From positions 72,158-136,157 of the forward strand of contig CAWANF010000013.1 of NCBI GenBank assembly GCA_963783355.1: a stretch of DNA of 64,000 bases, given 5' to 3'. The position numbers and the translations under genes were made by a program. Under the pieces are notes generated by a model, which saw nothing but the letters and a program-made list of their open reading frames with translations, was not told where the DNA came from and searched no databases. The stretch is from an uncultured bacterium. GTDB taxonomy: Bacteria > Bacteroidota > Rhodothermia > Balneolales > DATFMH01. This document shows, piece by piece, positions 60,996 to 64,000 of this stretch; positions within the stretch are counted from its first letter, which is position 1; each line of letters opens with the position of its first letter.

Positions 60996-62191
60996 ATGCC
61001 AGGGAATAAAGAAGAGACGAGTCATAAAACGGAAAGAAAACGGATTTCCCCTTAACCGAATATCGTTTGGTGCCGGTGGAGGAATTTGAAGAGGGTGACG
61101 AAGAAAAGGACACAATTGATTTAATTGCCCTGGCAAGACTATTTGGGATAATCGAAAGACAGTATATAAAGTAGTAGGAATTTTTTTAGTGCTTGGGTTA
61201 TTAATTGCTTTTCTCAGTCCGGTGGAGTATGATACCCAGGTTACACTAATGCCGGAATTGCCTGATCGGGAAGTTCCAGTGGGGCCGCAGGTCTTTTACA
61301 AAAATATGGCGGATTACTTGGAATAAATTCTTCAAGTTTAAGTGGCAGTGATCAATCAACGATTAATCCGATGCTGTATCCTAATATTATTCAGTCGACT
61401 CCCTTCATGCTGGATTTGATGAATCAAAAGATATCATTCAGCGGATTATGATACTACTGTTACCGTATTTGCCTATTTACAGTATATATACACCAGGTAT
61501 ATTTGGATATGTATTAAAATATACGATTGGTTTGCCTGGGCAAATTAAGGATTATTTCATAAAAATAATCAGACAGCTATATCAGATACTACTGGAGTGA
61601 TATCATCTTACAAAGGATCAAAAAGAAGTGATGAAAAATTTAAGTAATCGTCTTACAGCCAATGTGGATGATCAGAGTGGGATTATAACGATATCCTCGG
61701 AAATGCCGGAAGCGGAAATGTCGGCTATATTGGCTAATAAGAATGATTGCATCTTTTAAAAGATTATGTGACCGATTATCGCACGCAAAAGGCAACACAG
61801 GATTATGATTTTATAAAAGGTCAGTATAAACAGGCTAAAATCGATTTCAGAAAGCCCAGGATACACTTGCCAAATTCCAGGACCAGAATCTAAATTTGGC
61901 AACTGCACAGGCACAGACAAAGCTGAAAAGTTTACAGGACGAATATAATCTGGCATATAATTTATATACAGGTTTAGCTCAACAAATGGAACAGGCACGA
62001 ATTCAAGTACAACAAAATACTCCTGTTTTTAAGGTATGGAACCAGCAACAGTACCTATTAAGAAAAGTAGCCCAAAACGGATTCTTATTATTATTGTATT
62101 TATCCTATTAGGATTTTTTGTTGGAGTTGGAAAAATTCTATTTAAAGATACTTACAATCGGACTAAGCAGGTATGGTTACAAAATGAGTAA
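60996..62191 (+). pseudogene. polysaccharide chain-length determinant (Wzz/GumC-like), heavily frameshifted
   Basis: Pieces in all three frames read as one Wzz-like protein: 'DTIDLIALAR', 'IWDNRKTVYKVVGIFLVLGLLIAFLSPVEYDTQVTLMPEL', 'GSSSGAAGLLQKYGGLLGINSS..', 'AQAQTKLKSLQDEYNLAYNLYTGLAQQMEQARIQVQQNTPVFKV', and a C-terminal TM 'ILIIIVFILLGFFVG'. I count at least 7 frame disruptions. Confidence 0.75.
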
Positions 62192-62302
62192 CCGTCCATG
62201 TTAGCAAAACATTTTAAAAGCCTCTTAATAAGATACTAAGGACCCAATGCATTTCTCGAATACTACTTTTTATCATGAAATATTATGTAAGGAGTAAATT
62301 AC

Positions 62303-62745
62303 ATGAATAAATTAAATCGAAATACTCAAGGACTTGTCATACTGTTAGTAGTTATTTTAAATTTTCTTACAACTAGCAGGATTACTATGCACAAGTTTAC
62401 TATGTGGATACAAATAACAAAATAGCTTCTAATTCAAATCCTGGAACTGAACTAAGACCTTGGAAGACAATACAGAAAGCAGCCAGTACATTAATTGCAG
62501 GTGACACAGTATTTATTAAAAACGGAACGTACCGGGAAAGTGTTGAGGTTAAAAACTCAGGGACCAGTTATAAGAAAATGATCAGTTATATTGCTGATGG
62601 AGACAGCGTATATGTTAATGGTTCAGACATAGTAAGGGGGTGGGTGTTGTGGAAAAATAATATCTGGATGAAAAGGAACTGGCCTTATAACAGTCAACAG
62701 GTATTTGTGAATGGTAATATACTTCAGCAGATAGGGGGCGATCCT
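62303..62745 (+). pseudogene. right-handed beta-helix (DUF1565/pectate-lyase-like) protein, frameshifted and 3'-truncated at the junction
   Basis: AAGGAG followed by ATG 62303 gives the signal peptide 'MNKLNRNTQGLVILLVVIL'. A frame change at ~62365-62375 leads to 'YYVDTNNKIASNSNPGTELRPWKTIQKAASTLIAGDTVFIKNGTYRE'. Coding sense ends where composition flips at ~62740. Confidence 0.65.
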
Positions 62746-62749
62746 TTTT

Positions 62750-64000
62750 CTCCGCCCCGAGCGCGACGCGCAGGCCAATCTCCCGCGTGCGGCTCGCCAC
62801 CGAGTAGGCGACGACGCCGTAGACGCCGATGGCCGCGAGCAGCACGGCGACGAGCGCGAAGACGCCCACGAGCAGCATGTTGAAGCGCGGGCTGACGAGG
62901 CGCCGCTCGAAGCTGGCGTCCATCGTGACGAACGACGAAAGCTGGATGTCGGGGTCGATCGCGGCGACGCGGGCGCGCACGGTCTTCTCGAGCCCCTCGA
63001 GGCCAACGGGCGCGCGGATGATCAGGTAGGCGGCCCCGCGGCCGTCCTGCCGGTACGGCCAGTAGATCTGGGCGGCGTCGGCTGATCCGGGCCGGTACGA
63101 CGCCGCGTCGGCGACGACGCCGACGATTTCCGCCGTGTGCTCCCGCACGGTGACACGCCGCCCGAGCGGGTCCTCGTTCGGGAAGAACCGGCGGGCGAGC
63201 GTCTCGTTGACCAGGGCCACCGGCGCCGTGCCCGCCGCATCGCCCGGCGGTCAGATCGCGGCCCCGCACGACGGGCAGCCCGAGCGTGCGGAAGAAGTGC
63301 GGGCCGACTTCGTACCACTCCACGGGCGGCGCGTCCCCCTCGGCCGCCGGCGGCCGTCCCTCGATCGTCATCGGCATCGACGCCGTCGCCGCCGCCGAAC
63401 ATCGGACCGCCCGAAGCGAGGCCGACGCCCTCGACGCCCGGCACGGCCGCCGCCGCGTCGCGCGCGCGCGCCATCACGTCCACCAGCCGCGGGGCCGTCT
63501 TGTAGACGTTGCCCGGCGGCAGCATCCACGAGAACACGACGCCGCTGCGGTCGAAGCCGGGCTTCCAGTCGAGCAGCTGCCGGAAGCTGCGCGCCAGCAG
63601 GCCCGCGCCCACGAGCAGCACCAGCGCGAGCGCGAGCTGCGCGACGACGAACCCCGCCCGCAGCCGGGCGTCGCCCGCGTCCGTCTGGCGAAGGCCCTTG
63701 AGCGTGCCGCTCAGATCCGTCCTCGAGGCCCGCCGCGCCGGCGCGAACCCGAAGAACACGGCCGTGGCCGTCGAGAGCAGGAACGCGAAGAGCGCCACGC
63801 GCCCGTCGATGCCCACCTCGTCGAGCCGCGGGATGGTGGCCGGCGCCAGCGACACGAACGCGCGCGTCGCCCAGACGGCGAGCGCGAGGCCGAGCGCCCC
63901 GCCGGCGAACGAGACCACGAGGCTCTCGGTCAGCAGCTGCCGCACGAGGCGCCGGCGCCCGGCGCCGAGCGAGGCGCGCACGGCGAACTCGGGCGCCCGG
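62750..64000 (-). pseudogene. fragment of a high-GC MacB/FtsX-type ABC permease (duplicated-permease, ADOP-like), truncated at both ends with two internal frameshifts
   Basis: Minus-strand pieces in three frames read 'EFAVRASLGAGRRRLVRQLLTESL..', 'MTIEGRPPA..WYEVGPHFFRTLGLPVVRGRDL' and 'ALVNETLARRFFPNEDPLGRRV..SRTREIGLRVALGAE'. It runs off the window end and stops at the composition junction. Confidence 0.75.

Noticed and set aside
62404-62883. 159-aa ORF ending in 'SRRRRRRRRWPRAARRRARRRP'.
   Set aside because: It is a chimeric read-through from the truncated beta-helix gene into the antisense of the high-GC permease fragment, and an artefact of the junction.
63135-63701. 188-aa and 122-aa Arg/Pro/Ala-rich plus-strand ORFs in the high-GC fragment. 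A 127-aa minus-strand ORF at 62623-63006 was also considered.
   Set aside because: High-GC DNA yields long stop-free frames on both strands. Only the minus-strand frames matching FtsX/MacB motifs carry recognisable protein sequence.
62750-64000. High-GC segment as a horizontally acquired genomic island.
   Set aside because: It starts in the middle of two convergently truncated genes, with no integrase, tRNA, IS element or flanking direct repeat. It is only a gene fragment. An assembly or concatenation artefact is more parsimonious, but this needs read-level confirmation.

Overview
About 62.7 kb of a low-GC (roughly 40% by eye) Bacteroidota/FCB-group chromosome, followed by about 1.25 kb of unrelated high-GC (over 70% by eye) sequence. 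The two are joined tail-to-tail at about 62.74-62.75 kb, most likely an assembly or concatenation artefact. All calls come from reading the ORF translations and the DNA; no searches were run, and hand-derived repeat coordinates are +/- a few nt. Positions 1-41 kb are densely coding, mostly on the minus strand. This part holds punA, an MBL hydrolase, phoH and a 7-gene co-directional string: porU, porV, an M6-like T9SS cargo lacking HExxH, a 1123-aa HExxH/TolB-propeller protein, a secreted protein, a stand-alone PASTA protein and rpe. It also holds a thiolase, a trans-sulfuration PLP enzyme, two paralogous TPR lipoproteins, a GWxTD protein plus an M23 peptidase, rplU-rpmA, lexA, a large cyclophilin lipoprotein, and an etfBA-fixCX-acyl-CoA dehydrogenase-gcdH cluster. 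Positions 41-62.7 kb differ in character. Several kb of intergenic DNA are built from modular hairpin repeats, including a BIME-like ~160-bp tandem array. There is a second T9SS-associated locus (DUF4835, a PorV/PorQ-like barrel, an HhH-barrel gene). A nucleotide-sugar plus PAPS-synthesis locus (fcl, gmd, sugar dehydrogenase, cysQ, cysC, SLC13 permease, cysD, cysN, wzz) suggests a sulfated polysaccharide. This half also carries many frame disruptions (HhH gene, gmd, cysQ, a four-helix-bundle gene, wzz, a beta-helix gene). No rRNA, tRNA, CRISPR array, transposase, integrase, or recognisable defence or toxin system was found. The best candidates for something undescribed are the compensatory-stem hairpin repeat superfamily and its arrays, the Avd-like four-helix-bundle ORFs sitting inside two conserved operons, and the porUV-linked pseudo-protease/protease pair.
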